Origin: an uncultured delta proteobacterium
Lineage (GTDB): Bacteria; Myxococcota; Myxococcia; Myxococcales; Myxococcaceae
Length of the DNA stretch: 64,000 nt
NCBI GenBank assembly: GCA_963713045.1
Contig: CAVQKE010000001.1
Span: 320,001-384,000 of the forward strand
Reading direction: 5' to 3'
Below are positions 19,465-29,416 of the stretch, piece after piece. A program made the translations under genes and the position numbers. Each line of letters opens with the position of its first letter. Position 1 is the first letter of the stretch. The notes below the pieces were generated by a model. The model was not told the origin of the DNA, did no database searches, and was given only the letters and a program-made list of their open reading frames with translations.

Positions 19465-20856
19465 CTAGCTAATTGGGTCGCGCTGGGCGAGGGCGTTGTA
19501 GGTGGCGTACTTGTACGTCTCGGACAGCGTCGGGTAGTTGTAGCAGCTCTCGATGAAGAGCTGCGCGGTTCCGCCCAGCAGGATGGCGGTCAAACCAATG
19601 TGCACCAACTCCGAGGCAGCCTCCCCCATCACATGGACGCCCAGGAGCTTCATGTCCTCGCGGCGGAAGATGAGCTTCAAGAAGCCGCCCCCGTCGCCGA
19701 TGATTTGGCCGCGGGCGTTGGTGGCATAGGAGGCGCGGCCCACAATGTAAGGGACCCCCAGCTTTTGCAGGGACTCCTCAGTCTCGCCCGCCATGGACAG
19801 CTCGGGGATGGTGTACAGGCCATAGGGCAAGGTCGGCGCAAGGGCGTCCTTGGCGTACAGCGAGAAGGCATGGGCCATCGCCACGCGCGCCTGCTCCATG
19901 GCAGTGGAAGCCAGGGCCGGAAACCCAATGATGTCACCGGCGGCATAAATGTGAGGCACCGATGTCTGGAAGTGCTGGTTGACTTGGATTCGGTCGCGCT
20001 CTGCTATGACCACCCCCGCCTCCTCCAACCCGAGGTTGCGGCTGTTGGCGGCACGCCCCATGGCGACCAACACTGCGGCCGCCTGGACCGACTCGCCGCT
20101 CTTGAGCCCTAAGGTGATGCGCCCCTCCTCGACGTCCACCGCTTCGACGGCGTCGGGCATCCTGAAGTGCACACCCAAGTCACTCATTCGGTCCTGAAGC
20201 CGCTGCGACATTTCGCTGTCGAGAAAATTCAGCAGCGGCGAGCGCGGCTCAACCAACGTCACCGGGATGCCCAGCGCGGCGAAGGTGCACGCATACTCGC
20301 AGCCAATGACGCCGCCTCCCACCACCACCAGCGAATGCGGGACCTCCTCCATTTGAAGGATGGTGTCCGAGTCGTAGATGCCGGTCGCTCCGAAGGGGAA
20401 CAGCGGCGGGTGCAGGGGGCGCGAGCCGGTGGCCACCAGCACCACGTCGCCGGTCATCCTCTCCTCATACCCGGGCCGGCGAACGACTACCGTGTGCGGG
20501 TCCACCAGTCGGCCCTTGCCCTGAAAGACGTCCACGCCATGCGACTGCATGTTTTGCTGGACCCGGACGCTTTCCTCCTGGGAAACGGCACGCTCTCGGA
20601 AGAGGAGGTCTCGGACGCCGGCGCGGTGGGAGAGGTTCATCTCCACGCCGAACAGTCCGCGCTGACGGAAGCCGGACAAGTAGAGCGCAGTCTCGCGAAG
20701 CGTCTTGCTTGGCAGCGTTCCGGTATTGGCGCCAGCGCCGCCGAGAACGGGCCGCCACTCGATCAGCGCCACCTTCTTCTTGAAGTACCCCGCCTGGGCG
20801 GCGCCCTTCTCTCCTGCGGGACCCGAACCGATGACAATTAAGTCGTAGTGCGCCAT
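19465..20856 (-). CDS. sthA: Soluble pyridine nucleotide transhydrogenase
   Basis: IGSGPAG, GTLPSKTLRE, YDSDTIL, GFPALAS, YTIPE and YNYPTLSETYK motifs. Confidence 0.9.
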   Translation of the reverse strand: MAHYDLIVIGSGPAGEKGAAQAGYFKKKVALIEWRPVLGGAGANTGTLPSKTLRETALYLSGFRQRGLFGVEMNLSHRAGVRDLLFRERAVSQEESVRVQQNMQSHGVDVFQGKGRLVDPHTVVVRRPGYEERMTGDVVLVATGSRPLHPPLFPFGATGIYDSDTILQMEEVPHSLVVVGGGVIGCEYACTFAALGIPVTLVEPRSPLLNFLDSEMSQRLQDRMSDLGVHFRMPDAVEAVDVEEGRITLGLKSGESVQAAAVLVAMGRAANSRNLGLEEAGVVIAERDRIQVNQHFQTSVPHIYAAGDIIGFPALASTAMEQARVAMAHAFSLYAKDALAPTLPYGLYTIPELSMAGETEESLQKLGVPYIVGRASYATNARGQIIGDGGGFLKLIFRREDMKLLGVHVMGEAASELVHIGLTAILLGGTAQLFIESCYNYPTLSETYKYATYNALAQRDPIS

Positions 20857-21039
20857 GGGAAGGGCCAGACGCTAGGCGAGGCCGTGGCGACACTCAACGA
20901 AAGGACGCCAACCAGACGGTGACGGGGCGGCGACACTTTCGCTGGCCAAGGGGGGCCCCTGGCGTGGGGGCATTTCGGAGGAGGGTGCACCGGCGAGGCC
21001 AAGGGGAGTATGACGCCCGTTGAAAGCGGCACCCGGAGC

Positions 21040-22353
21040 ATGTCCTTCCCCCCGCTGGCCGACGCGCTGGCCCCAGCACTCGAAAGCCTCGAGCAGGGAC
21101 TGTTGCGCCTTCACCACCTCAGGCCTTCGGTTGTCATGGGACGCCGCCCGGTGCACGTGCTGTACGGAGGTGCGCACCTGTTTTCCGCGCGGAGCTTGGC
21201 CCGCATTCGTGAGATTGCTCGGGCCGCTCTCGACACCTATGCGCCCGACGGAACCACCTTTGCCTGGGCGCTCGGCCTCTCACTTGCCCCCGACGCTGCC
21301 ACCCAGCTGCGCAACCGGGTGGTGGAGAAGCTCGAGCACGAGCCGTTGGAGGATTACCGGGTCGACTTCGAAGATGGCTACGGAGTTCGCCCCGACGCGG
21401 AGGAGGATGCTCACGCCGACGCGGTGGGAGCAGCCTTCGCCGAGGCCGGCCGGTCGGGAGCGCTGCCGCCCTTCGTCGGTATCCGCATCAAGTCCTTCAC
21501 CTCCCCCACCTCGGCGCGCCGTGCACTGCGCACCTTGGAGCGGGTGTTTCAGGCAGCAGCGCCAGGGGGCTGCCCGCCTGGCTTCGCCGTCACCCTGCCC
21601 AAGGTGTCTCTGCCCGAGCAGGTCCACCTGCTGGTGCATGCCCTGGCCGCGGTGGAGGCCCGGGCCGGATGGCGGAATGGATGCGTGGCGCTGGAATTGC
21701 TGGTGGAAACGCCGCAGGCGCTGATTGCTCCGGATGGGGTGGTGGGGGTGCCTCGGCTGCTGGCCGCCGCCGGCGCCCGTTGCCGTTCTCTTCACCTCGG
21801 CCCGTATGACTTGAGTGCGTCGCTCGGCATCACCGGGGCTCGCACCACGCTGGCCCACCCGGCGCTGGACCTGGCCCGACGCCTTCTCGTCTTGGCAACT
21901 TCCGGGACGTCCGTCTCCGTTTCGGACGGCCCCACCACCGTCCTCCCCGTGGCGCCGCACCGTGGCGAAAACCTGAGTAAGGAAGCGCAGGCCGAAAACC
22001 GCCGCGCAGTGCATGCCGGGTGGCGGCGCACGGCAGAGGACGTCAAGCGGGCCCTGGAGGACGGGGTTTTCCAAGGGTGGGACCTGCACCCGGCCCAGCT
22101 GCCAGCGCGCTTTGGCGCCCTTTTCGCCTTCTTTCAGTCAGAGCTCGAACCGGCGGGAGCCCGCTTGCGTTCCTTCTTGGACCGCGCTGCACAAGCCAAC
22201 CGGCTGGGGGTGATGTTTGACGACGCGGCCACCGCGCAGGTGCTGCTGAATACCTTCCGCCGAGCCCTGGCCTGCGGCGCGGTGACACCCCTGGAAGTCG
22301 AGCACGCCACTGGGCTGTCTGTGGAGCAGCTCGTCGAGATGCGCTTTCGCTAG
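21040..22353 (+). CDS. HpcH/HpaI aldolase-citrate lyase superfamily protein (DUF6986-like)
   Basis: PVHVLYGGAHLF, EDYRVDFEDGYG, LGPYDLSA and QGWDLHPAQL motifs. Start could be 21010. Confidence 0.82.
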   Translation: MSFPPLADALAPALESLEQGLLRLHHLRPSVVMGRRPVHVLYGGAHLFSARSLARIREIARAALDTYAPDGTTFAWALGLSLAPDAATQLRNRVVEKLEHEPLEDYRVDFEDGYGVRPDAEEDAHADAVGAAFAEAGRSGALPPFVGIRIKSFTSPTSARRALRTLERVFQAAAPGGCPPGFAVTLPKVSLPEQVHLLVHALAAVEARAGWRNGCVALELLVETPQALIAPDGVVGVPRLLAAAGARCRSLHLGPYDLSASLGITGARTTLAHPALDLARRLLVLATSGTSVSVSDGPTTVLPVAPHRGENLSKEAQAENRRAVHAGWRRTAEDVKRALEDGVFQGWDLHPAQLPARFGALFAFFQSELEPAGARLRSFLDRAAQANRLGVMFDDAATAQVLLNTFRRALACGAVTPLEVEHATGLSVEQLVEMRFR

Positions 22354-25046
22354 GGGGCCAGCGCCGTCCGCAGCCGGCCCTGGATGACGTCGAGCAGCAT
22401 GTCAACCACCAGGGCGGTCCACCCCGTTTGGTGCGCAGCTCCCAGGCCCTGTCCGGTTTCGGCGTGGAAAAATTCGTAAAAGGTCACCAACTGGCGGAAA
22501 TGGGGGTCCCGCTGGTAGCGGTGCTCCTCGCCATTCAACGGCCGCCGTCCGTCGGCGTCGGGGAGAAAGAGCGCACACAATCGTTCGGCGATGAGGTGGG
22601 CAGTCTCTCTCAAGGTACGCAGGTTGCCGGTGCCGGTCGGAAACTCGATGCGGAACTCATCGCCGTAAAAGTGGTGGTAGCGCTCGAGGGCTTCCAACAG
22701 CAGATAGTTGGTCGGGAACCACACCGGCCCGCGCCAGTTGGAGTTGCCCCCGAACATTCCGCTCTCGGAATTTCCCGGCTCGTACCGCACGTCTGCCGAG
22801 GCCCCGTGCGACTCCATCACGTAGGGGTGCTCGCGGTACACTTTGGAGAGCGAGCGGATTCCGTAGGGTGACAGCAGCTCCCCTTCGTCGAAGACGTAGC
22901 GCAGGATGCGCTCCATTCGCTCGCGCGGCGCGACCGCCAACAGGTGCCGACCGCTGGGGTGGCCGGGGTTGGGCGGCCGGTAGAAGACGTGGCTCGCCAA
23001 CTCCGGCTTGTTCTCCAAGAACCAGTGCATGCGCTTGGCGAAGCCCGGGAGCTTCTGTAGGAAGCGGTCCTCGAGAATCTCCGTGGCAAATAGCGGGATG
23101 AGACCGACCATCGAGCGCAGCCGCAAGGGAAGCATTTCCCCTTCGGGAGTGATGATTTTGTCGTAGTAGAAGCCATCCTGCTCGTCCCACAGCCCGCTTT
23201 TGCCGGAATTCATCGCGTCGACGATGGTGACGAAGTGCTCGAAGAATTTGCTGGCGATGTCTTCGTAGGCTGGGTCCTCCACCGCCAGTTCCAGAGAAAT
23301 GGAGAGCATGGTGGTGCAGTAGAACGCCATCCACGCGGTGCCATCGGCCTGAGCCAGCTGGAGCCCGTCGGGCAGCGGGCGGTTTCGGTCGAAGACTCCG
23401 ACGTTGTCGAGGCCGAGAAAGCCGCCGCCGAAGAGATTCTTGCCGGCCACGTCCTTGCGGTTGACCCACCAAGTGAAGTTGAGAAGTAATTTGGGAAAGA
23501 CGCGCCGCAAGAAGAGCGGGTCTCGCGACCCGCGTGGGGCACTCTTCTTGTAAACCCGCCAGCAGGCCCAGGCGTGGACTGGAGGGTTGACGTCTTCGAA
23601 GGCCCATTCGTAGGCCGGGACCTGGCCGCTTGGGTGCATGTACCATTCCCGGAGGAAGAGCTGGAGCTGCTCCTTGGCGAACACCGGGTCAATGTTGGCG
23701 AAGGGCAGCATGTGGAAGGCGAGGTCCCAGGCGGCGAACCACGGGTACTCCCACTTGTCCGGCATGGAAATCACGTCGCGGTTGTAGAGGTGCTTCCAGT
23801 CCTGGTTTCGCGCTTCGGCGCGCCTGGGAGCCGGCGGCGAGCCGGTCGGGTCGCCTTCCAGCCAGGCCTTCACCACGTAGCCGTAGAATTGCTTGTTCCA
23901 AATCAGCCCGGCGTAGGCCAGCCGCGACACCTGGCGCTCGTCGGCAGTGGCTGTTTCGGGCAACCGCTGGGCGTAGAAGGCGTCTGCCTCGTTGATGCGC
24001 TGAGAAAACACCGTGTCGAAGGTGCGCCCGAAATCCGCAAGCACCCCCAAGTCGACGTTGCTCAGCCGCAGACGGACCTGGACCGATTCGCCCGCGTCCA
24101 GTTGAAAGGCATAGTGCGCCGCGGCCTTGGTCCCGACCAGGCTCGGCTTCACCGCGTCGTGGCGCCCCTCCACCAGGTAGGCATGAAAGCTGTCTTTGGG
24201 CCAGCGGCTCCGTCCGGGGGCGCGGTACAGGCGCTCGGTGTTCGTCTCGTTGTCGCAGAAGAGAAAGGTCGGCGCCGGGCCGTTGGGGCTGGGTGCCGCT
24301 TCCAGCCGCATCAACCCGAGGGAGGAGTGCTGGGCCAACAGGTATCCATCCCTGGCCTGAATTCGGCCAGGAGCCCAGTACCCCTCGCCGGAGCGGCCCC
24401 AAGCCCAGGTGTTGCGAAACCACAATGTTGGAAGCAGGTGCAGCGGCGCTCGCTCCAGTCCCCGGTTGGTGGCGGTGATGCGGATGTAGATGTCGTCCGG
24501 AGAGGCCTTGGCGTACTCCACCAGGACGTCGAAGTAGCGGTCCTCGTCAAAGGCGCCGGTGTCGAGCGGGTCGTACTCAGGAAGCGCGTGGCCGCGCCGC
24601 CGGTTTTCTTCCACCAGAATGGCGTAGGGGAAGGGGCCGTGGGGGTACTTGTAGAGCGCCTTGAGGTAGCTGGCGGTGGGAGTGGCGTCCAGGTACCAAT
24701 ACAACTCCTTCACGTCCTCGCCGTGGTTGCCCTCGGAGTTGGTGAGTCCGAAGAAGCGTTCCTTGAGGATGGGGTCCTTCTCGTTCCACAGCGCCGGGGC
24801 GAAGCAGAGACGGCATTCGCGGTCGGTGAGGCCAAGCAGCCCGTCCTCGCCCCAGCGGTAAGCACGCGAGCGCGCGTGGTCGTGGGGAAAGGAGTCCCAC
24901 GCTGTCCCATCCGGCGAGTAATCCTCGCGGACCGTGCCCCATTGGCGTTCAGAGAGGTAGGGGCCCCACCGCTTCCAATTCTTCCGACGCTGGGCCTCCT
25001 CCTCCAGGCGCTCGGTCTCAGCGTCGCTCGCGTTCGTCCGGGGCAT
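22350..25046 (-). CDS. GH63/MGH1-like glycoside hydrolase (glucosidase)
   Basis: WGPYLSERQWGTVREDYS, MPDKWEYPWFAAWD, SNWRGPVW and GAAHQTGWT motifs. Confidence 0.93.
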   Translation of the reverse strand: MPRTNASDAETERLEEEAQRRKNWKRWGPYLSERQWGTVREDYSPDGTAWDSFPHDHARSRAYRWGEDGLLGLTDRECRLCFAPALWNEKDPILKERFFGLTNSEGNHGEDVKELYWYLDATPTASYLKALYKYPHGPFPYAILVEENRRRGHALPEYDPLDTGAFDEDRYFDVLVEYAKASPDDIYIRITATNRGLERAPLHLLPTLWFRNTWAWGRSGEGYWAPGRIQARDGYLLAQHSSLGLMRLEAAPSPNGPAPTFLFCDNETNTERLYRAPGRSRWPKDSFHAYLVEGRHDAVKPSLVGTKAAAHYAFQLDAGESVQVRLRLSNVDLGVLADFGRTFDTVFSQRINEADAFYAQRLPETATADERQVSRLAYAGLIWNKQFYGYVVKAWLEGDPTGSPPAPRRAEARNQDWKHLYNRDVISMPDKWEYPWFAAWDLAFHMLPFANIDPVFAKEQLQLFLREWYMHPSGQVPAYEWAFEDVNPPVHAWACWRVYKKSAPRGSRDPLFLRRVFPKLLLNFTWWVNRKDVAGKNLFGGGFLGLDNVGVFDRNRPLPDGLQLAQADGTAWMAFYCTTMLSISLELAVEDPAYEDIASKFFEHFVTIVDAMNSGKSGLWDEQDGFYYDKIITPEGEMLPLRLRSMVGLIPLFATEILEDRFLQKLPGFAKRMHWFLENKPELASHVFYRPPNPGHPSGRHLLAVAPRERMERILRYVFDEGELLSPYGIRSLSKVYREHPYVMESHGASADVRYEPGNSESGMFGGNSNWRGPVWFPTNYLLLEALERYHHFYGDEFRIEFPTGTGNLRTLRETAHLIAERLCALFLPDADGRRPLNGEEHRYQRDPHFRQLVTFYEFFHAETGQGLGAAHQTGWTALVVDMLLDVIQGRLRTALAP

Positions 25047-25245
25047 GATGGCGGGCCTGGAGACAAGCACCGACCGAGGGGGCCGGGCAATCTCCATCCA
25101 GCGTCGCCTTCCCGAGCAGCCTCTAGGAGCACACCGGCCTTGGCCCGAACGCGGAACACGCCAGGCCGGCTAGAAGTGGCGCCTCGGAGCCGCTAATTGC
25201 GTTTGAAAGCAGGGAGCGGGAGGCCGGGTGAAGTCAGCAGCGCAC

Positions 25246-26232
25246 ATGGTGCCGAGGACCGAGCCGTCGGTCACCGCTGCCGGAGCCTCCATGCGAAGCC
25301 ACCCGCCCGTCCCGCCGACCTTGCGCTGGGGCATCGCACTCGCGCTCTTCCTGCTCTACGTCGTCTGGGGCTCCACCTACCTGGCGATGAAGGTGGCACT
25401 CGAGGGCTTCCCGACGTTTCGGATGGGGGCCATCCGCTTCTTGGTGGCTGGCGCGGCGCTTTTCTTGGTGGCCCGGGCGCGCGGGGTCCCACTTCCCACT
25501 CCCGTGCAATGGCGCAACTGCCTCGGCGTGGGCGCCCTATTGCTGGCGTTTGGAAACGGCGGGGTGGCCTATGCCGAGCAAACGGTGGGCTCCGGGCTGG
25601 CCGCGCTGGTGGTGTCCGCCATGCCCTTGTGGATGGCCTTCTTCTCGGGCGTCTTCGGCAAGTGGCCCTCGGCTGGCGATTGGGCAGCCCTTCTGCTGGG
25701 CGCTCTCGGCATCCTCCTCCTCAACCTCGGCAGCGACCTGCACGGAAACCCGGCCGGCACGCTGGCGCTGCTCTTGGCTTCGGCCTCTTGGGCCTTCGGC
25801 TCGCTGTGGAGCCGGCGGCTCGAGCTCCCCACCGGACCCATGTCCGCGGCCACGCAAATGCTATGCGGCGGCGCTGTCCTCTTCTGCATCAGCTTGGTCC
25901 GGCAGGAGCACTTCGTCGCGTCGCCCTCCGCCCGCTCGGTGGGGGCGCTGGCGTACCTCATCGTCTTCGGCTCGCTGGTGGGCTACAGCGCCTACCTCTA
26001 CCTGCTGGCGCGGGTTCGGCCCGCCGTCGCCAGCAGCTATGCCTACATCAACCCGGTGGTGGCGATGCTGCTGGGCGCCTTCCTCGGCGGCGAGGCCATC
26101 CCCCCGGTCGCGCTGCTGGCCACGCCCCTCATCCTGGCCAGCGTCGCGGTGGTGCTCCGCCCCAAGAGAGCAACGGCGCTGCCGCATGAGGCACCGCCCG
26201 CCGCGGTGGCCCCCGAGGTGGCCCGCCGCTGA
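25246..26232 (+). CDS. yedA: EamA/DMT family exporter (YedA-like)
   Basis: VVWGSTYLA and SYAYINPVVA motifs, about 10 TM segments; start uncertain. Confidence 0.88.
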   Translation: MVPRTEPSVTAAGASMRSHPPVPPTLRWGIALALFLLYVVWGSTYLAMKVALEGFPTFRMGAIRFLVAGAALFLVARARGVPLPTPVQWRNCLGVGALLLAFGNGGVAYAEQTVGSGLAALVVSAMPLWMAFFSGVFGKWPSAGDWAALLLGALGILLLNLGSDLHGNPAGTLALLLASASWAFGSLWSRRLELPTGPMSAATQMLCGGAVLFCISLVRQEHFVASPSARSVGALAYLIVFGSLVGYSAYLYLLARVRPAVASSYAYINPVVAMLLGAFLGGEAIPPVALLATPLILASVAVVLRPKRATALPHEAPPAAVAPEVARR

Positions 26233-26260
26233 GCTAGAATCCCGGCCCGAGTTGGACGAC

Positions 26261-27259
26261 ATGAAAGTCCTAAGAGCGCCCGTCTTGCGCTTGCTGTTCG
26301 TCGGCTGGGCGGCGCTGTTGCTGCCCGCGCGGAGCGCCACCGGCGCGCCACAGGGCCCCCCGGTGCGGACGGCCTGCGTCGCGGAAGAAACCTGCACGCT
26401 CGTCACACGCATCTCAGCGGCGGACGGGGTCGATGCGGTGGCGCTGTTGGACCACTCGACGCCGCGGGTGGTAGCCGGCCAAGCGTTTGCGCAATGGCTG
26501 CCGTGGAGTCACGCCCCGGCTGCGGTGCGCACGCGGGTATGGCACGGCGGCTCGGTGCACATTGAGCGGCCCACCGAGGTTGGCACCTTTCTGTTGCGTG
26601 CCGTGCCCGGGGTGCGCCTGGCCGATGAGCCGGAAGCCCTTCTCGTCCTCCTCACCCTCGACCCGTTACGGACGGGGACCGCGGCCGACCTCCCGGAAGC
26701 CATCGCCATCGCCCAGCAGCGGGGGTTGCTCACGCCGGAGCAGCAGACCCGGGCCAGCCAGGAGAGCCGGGCGCAACAGGTACGAACCAAGTCCCTCCTG
26801 GACGCTTGGACAGGCTTCACGCGAGCGCCGACCAACCGGGCATCGCGCACCAAGCTGGTGGACACGCTCGGCGGCGACACGTCCGCCCTGGAGTCGGACA
26901 GCTTCCTCACCCCCGAGCAGAGGAACGCCCTCCGTCGCGCAGGCCTCGCCTTGGAGGGCCGCATTCTCCTCGAAGACGGGCCGGGGCCGGGGGTTGCCTA
27001 CCGCCTACGCGTTGAGGAAGTTCCGCTCGAGGAGGTGGCCCGAGAGTGGAATGCCGGATTGCGCGCCCTGGTGAATCCATTGGAGCGCGTCCCTCGCCCC
27101 CTGCTTCTGGTGGCTCCAGCCAGCCGCCACGAGGAGGTGAGCTTCATCCTCGACGTCAAGGACGGTGACGAGGGGCGAATGTCCCAGGTGGTGCGCCGGC
27201 TTCTCGCCGTGCCGGGCCTTTCCACGGACGGCAAGCAACTACCGCCCCCAGGGCTTTAG
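26261..27259 (+). CDS. Hypothetical secreted protein
   Basis: ATG at 26261, signal-peptide-like N-terminus, two LTPEQ motifs; fills the gap between flanking genes. Confidence 0.65.
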   Translation: MKVLRAPVLRLLFVGWAALLLPARSATGAPQGPPVRTACVAEETCTLVTRISAADGVDAVALLDHSTPRVVAGQAFAQWLPWSHAPAAVRTRVWHGGSVHIERPTEVGTFLLRAVPGVRLADEPEALLVLLTLDPLRTGTAADLPEAIAIAQQRGLLTPEQQTRASQESRAQQVRTKSLLDAWTGFTRAPTNRASRTKLVDTLGGDTSALESDSFLTPEQRNALRRAGLALEGRILLEDGPGPGVAYRLRVEEVPLEEVAREWNAGLRALVNPLERVPRPLLLVAPASRHEEVSFILDVKDGDEGRMSQVVRRLLAVPGLSTDGKQLPPPGL

Positions 27260-27313
27260 GCACAACTTCATTTTGCGAGAAGTCTGACAAGCGGGCAATG
27301 TGGCGCCTCCGCC

Positions 27314-29401
27314 ATGCCCGTGTTCTCCGCTGCCGTCCTGGCTGTCCTCTGCACTGCCACGCCTGCGCCTGCCCGCTTCGACGCCGAAGGGAAGGCCATT
27401 GGCCAGCCGTTGAGTGAGCGCACCGCCTCCTACGTCATCGAGTCGCACCTTCAGCCCGAGACCCGCCAGCTGACTGGCCACGAGACGGTGACCTGGGTCA
27501 ACCGGAGTGCCGAGCCCCAGTCGACGCTGTGGTTTCACGCATACTGGAACGCCTTCAAGAATGCCAAGTCGACGTTCTACCGCGACGCCGAGGAGAAGCA
27601 GGGCTTTCGTGACGAATCGCCTGGCCGGGGCCGTTACCCGACGCGGAAGCCCGACGAGTGGGGGTGGATACGGGTGGTGCGCGCCGCCCTACCCGACGGG
27701 ACGGACCTCTTGCCCTCGTTGCGCTGGCAGCACCCCGACGACGAGAACACCGATGACCAAACGGTTTTCACCCTTGCGTTGCCACAGCCCGTCCCACCCG
27801 GGGGCACGCTCAGCTTCGAGCTGGAGTGGCTAGCCCGCGTGCCACGCGCGGTGGCCAGGGCTGGCTACAGTGGCGATTACTACCTCTTCGGCCAGTGGTT
27901 CCCGAAGTTGGCTGTCCTCGAGGCGCCTCCCACCCGGGGCGTCAATCAGCCGCAGTGGAACGCTCACCAGTACCACTCCAACAGCGAATTTTACGCCGAC
28001 TTCGGGACCTATGACGTCTCCCTCACGGTGCCTGCCAAATTCTTCGTCGGCGCGACCGGCGTCCGGACCGGCCGCACGGAGAATGCCGACGGCACCGTCA
28101 CCTCCCGTTTCCACCAGGACGACGTCCAGGACTTCGCTTGGACTGCCAATCCCAAGTTCATCGAGGTGAAGGACGTCTTTCGGGAGGATGGACTGCCCGA
28201 GGTGGCGCTCTCTGCCGTGGTGGAGCCGCCCTACCGGGCGACCGCCAACCAAATGCTCGCGGCACTCAAGTCCTCCCTCAGCCATTACGGCCGCTGGTGG
28301 TACCCCTACCCCTACCCGCACGTCACCGCGGTGGCTCCCCCCAACACCGAGCACGCACTTCCGACGGCCGGAATGGAATACCCAACGTTCTTCACAGCGC
28401 TGAGCCGTCGCGACCCGAGCGTAGGAAAGGACACGGGTCTCTGGAAGGTGACTGCTCACGAGTTTGGCCACGGCTACTGGATGGGTCTGGTTGCCTCCAA
28501 CGAGTTTGAGGAGGCCTGGCTCGACGAAGGCGTCAACAGCTACGGCACGGCGAAACTGATGGACGCCGAAGGCATCCGGTGGAATCTGGCCGACTTCCTA
28601 GGCCAGCCCCTTCGCGCACTGCTGGGGCCACTTGTGCAAACCAACATCTCGGAGTGGAGCTGGGTTGGGCCCTCGGCTGCCCGGCGCTATGACTCCCCCA
28701 TCGTGCGCGACGCTTGGAAGTACCGCACGTTCTTCGACTACGACGAGAACTCCTACCGCCGCCCGGAGCTCGCCCTCCGGCAGCTGGAGCTGACGTTGGG
28801 GCCGCAGGTGTTTGCCAACGTGCTTCGCACCTACGCCCAGCGGTGGGCCTTCAGGCACCCGGCGACTGCCGACTTCTTCGCCGTGGCGCAGGAAGTCTCC
28901 GGACGGGACTTGACCGGCTTTGAGCAGCAATTTTTCCACAGCACCGAGGGCTTGGACTTGGCCGTCGCCAGTATCTCTTGCGCGACGGAAGCCGAGACGG
29001 CAGCTGGCGCCTTCGACGACGCGAAGGGCGCGCCGGTGACGCGTTCATGGAGAGAGCCCGCGTCACCGGACACGGCGCCGGTCCGCTGCGCGGTGACGGT
29101 GGAGCAACGGGCACCCCTGGCGATTCCGGCCACCGTCCGGGTGACATTCGAAGATGGCTCGGTGGTGGATGAAACGTGGGACGGGAAAAACACGTGGGCC
29201 ACCTACAGCTACCTCCGGACCGGCAAGGGAGGGCGCGTTCGCGAAGCGCGCGTCGACCCGGCCGGCGTGAACCTTCTCGATGCCGCCCCCCTCAACAATG
29301 CCCGTTCCACCCGCTTGACACCCCAGGCGCCAACCGCCCTGACCGGCTTTCTTCTGTATCTCGGCCAGCTGTGCACCGCCCTCCTCGCTGCGTTCCTCTA
29401 G
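27314..29401 (+). CDS. M1 family (gluzincin) metallopeptidase, exported, with a C-terminal hydrophobic tail
   Basis: AGMEYP and HEFGH-x18-E (AWLDEG); signal peptide. Confidence 0.92.
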   Translation: MPVFSAAVLAVLCTATPAPARFDAEGKAIGQPLSERTASYVIESHLQPETRQLTGHETVTWVNRSAEPQSTLWFHAYWNAFKNAKSTFYRDAEEKQGFRDESPGRGRYPTRKPDEWGWIRVVRAALPDGTDLLPSLRWQHPDDENTDDQTVFTLALPQPVPPGGTLSFELEWLARVPRAVARAGYSGDYYLFGQWFPKLAVLEAPPTRGVNQPQWNAHQYHSNSEFYADFGTYDVSLTVPAKFFVGATGVRTGRTENADGTVTSRFHQDDVQDFAWTANPKFIEVKDVFREDGLPEVALSAVVEPPYRATANQMLAALKSSLSHYGRWWYPYPYPHVTAVAPPNTEHALPTAGMEYPTFFTALSRRDPSVGKDTGLWKVTAHEFGHGYWMGLVASNEFEEAWLDEGVNSYGTAKLMDAEGIRWNLADFLGQPLRALLGPLVQTNISEWSWVGPSAARRYDSPIVRDAWKYRTFFDYDENSYRRPELALRQLELTLGPQVFANVLRTYAQRWAFRHPATADFFAVAQEVSGRDLTGFEQQFFHSTEGLDLAVASISCATEAETAAGAFDDAKGAPVTRSWREPASPDTAPVRCAVTVEQRAPLAIPATVRVTFEDGSVVDETWDGKNTWATYSYLRTGKGGRVREARVDPAGVNLLDAAPLNNARSTRLTPQAPTALTGFLLYLGQLCTALLAAFL

Positions 29402-29416
29402 AAAGGCCCCTCACCC

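Noticed and set aside
25550..26260. 569-aa version of the hypothetical protein ending at 27259
   Set aside because: The first part is an off-frame reading of the EamA gene; ATG 26261 gives a signal peptide.
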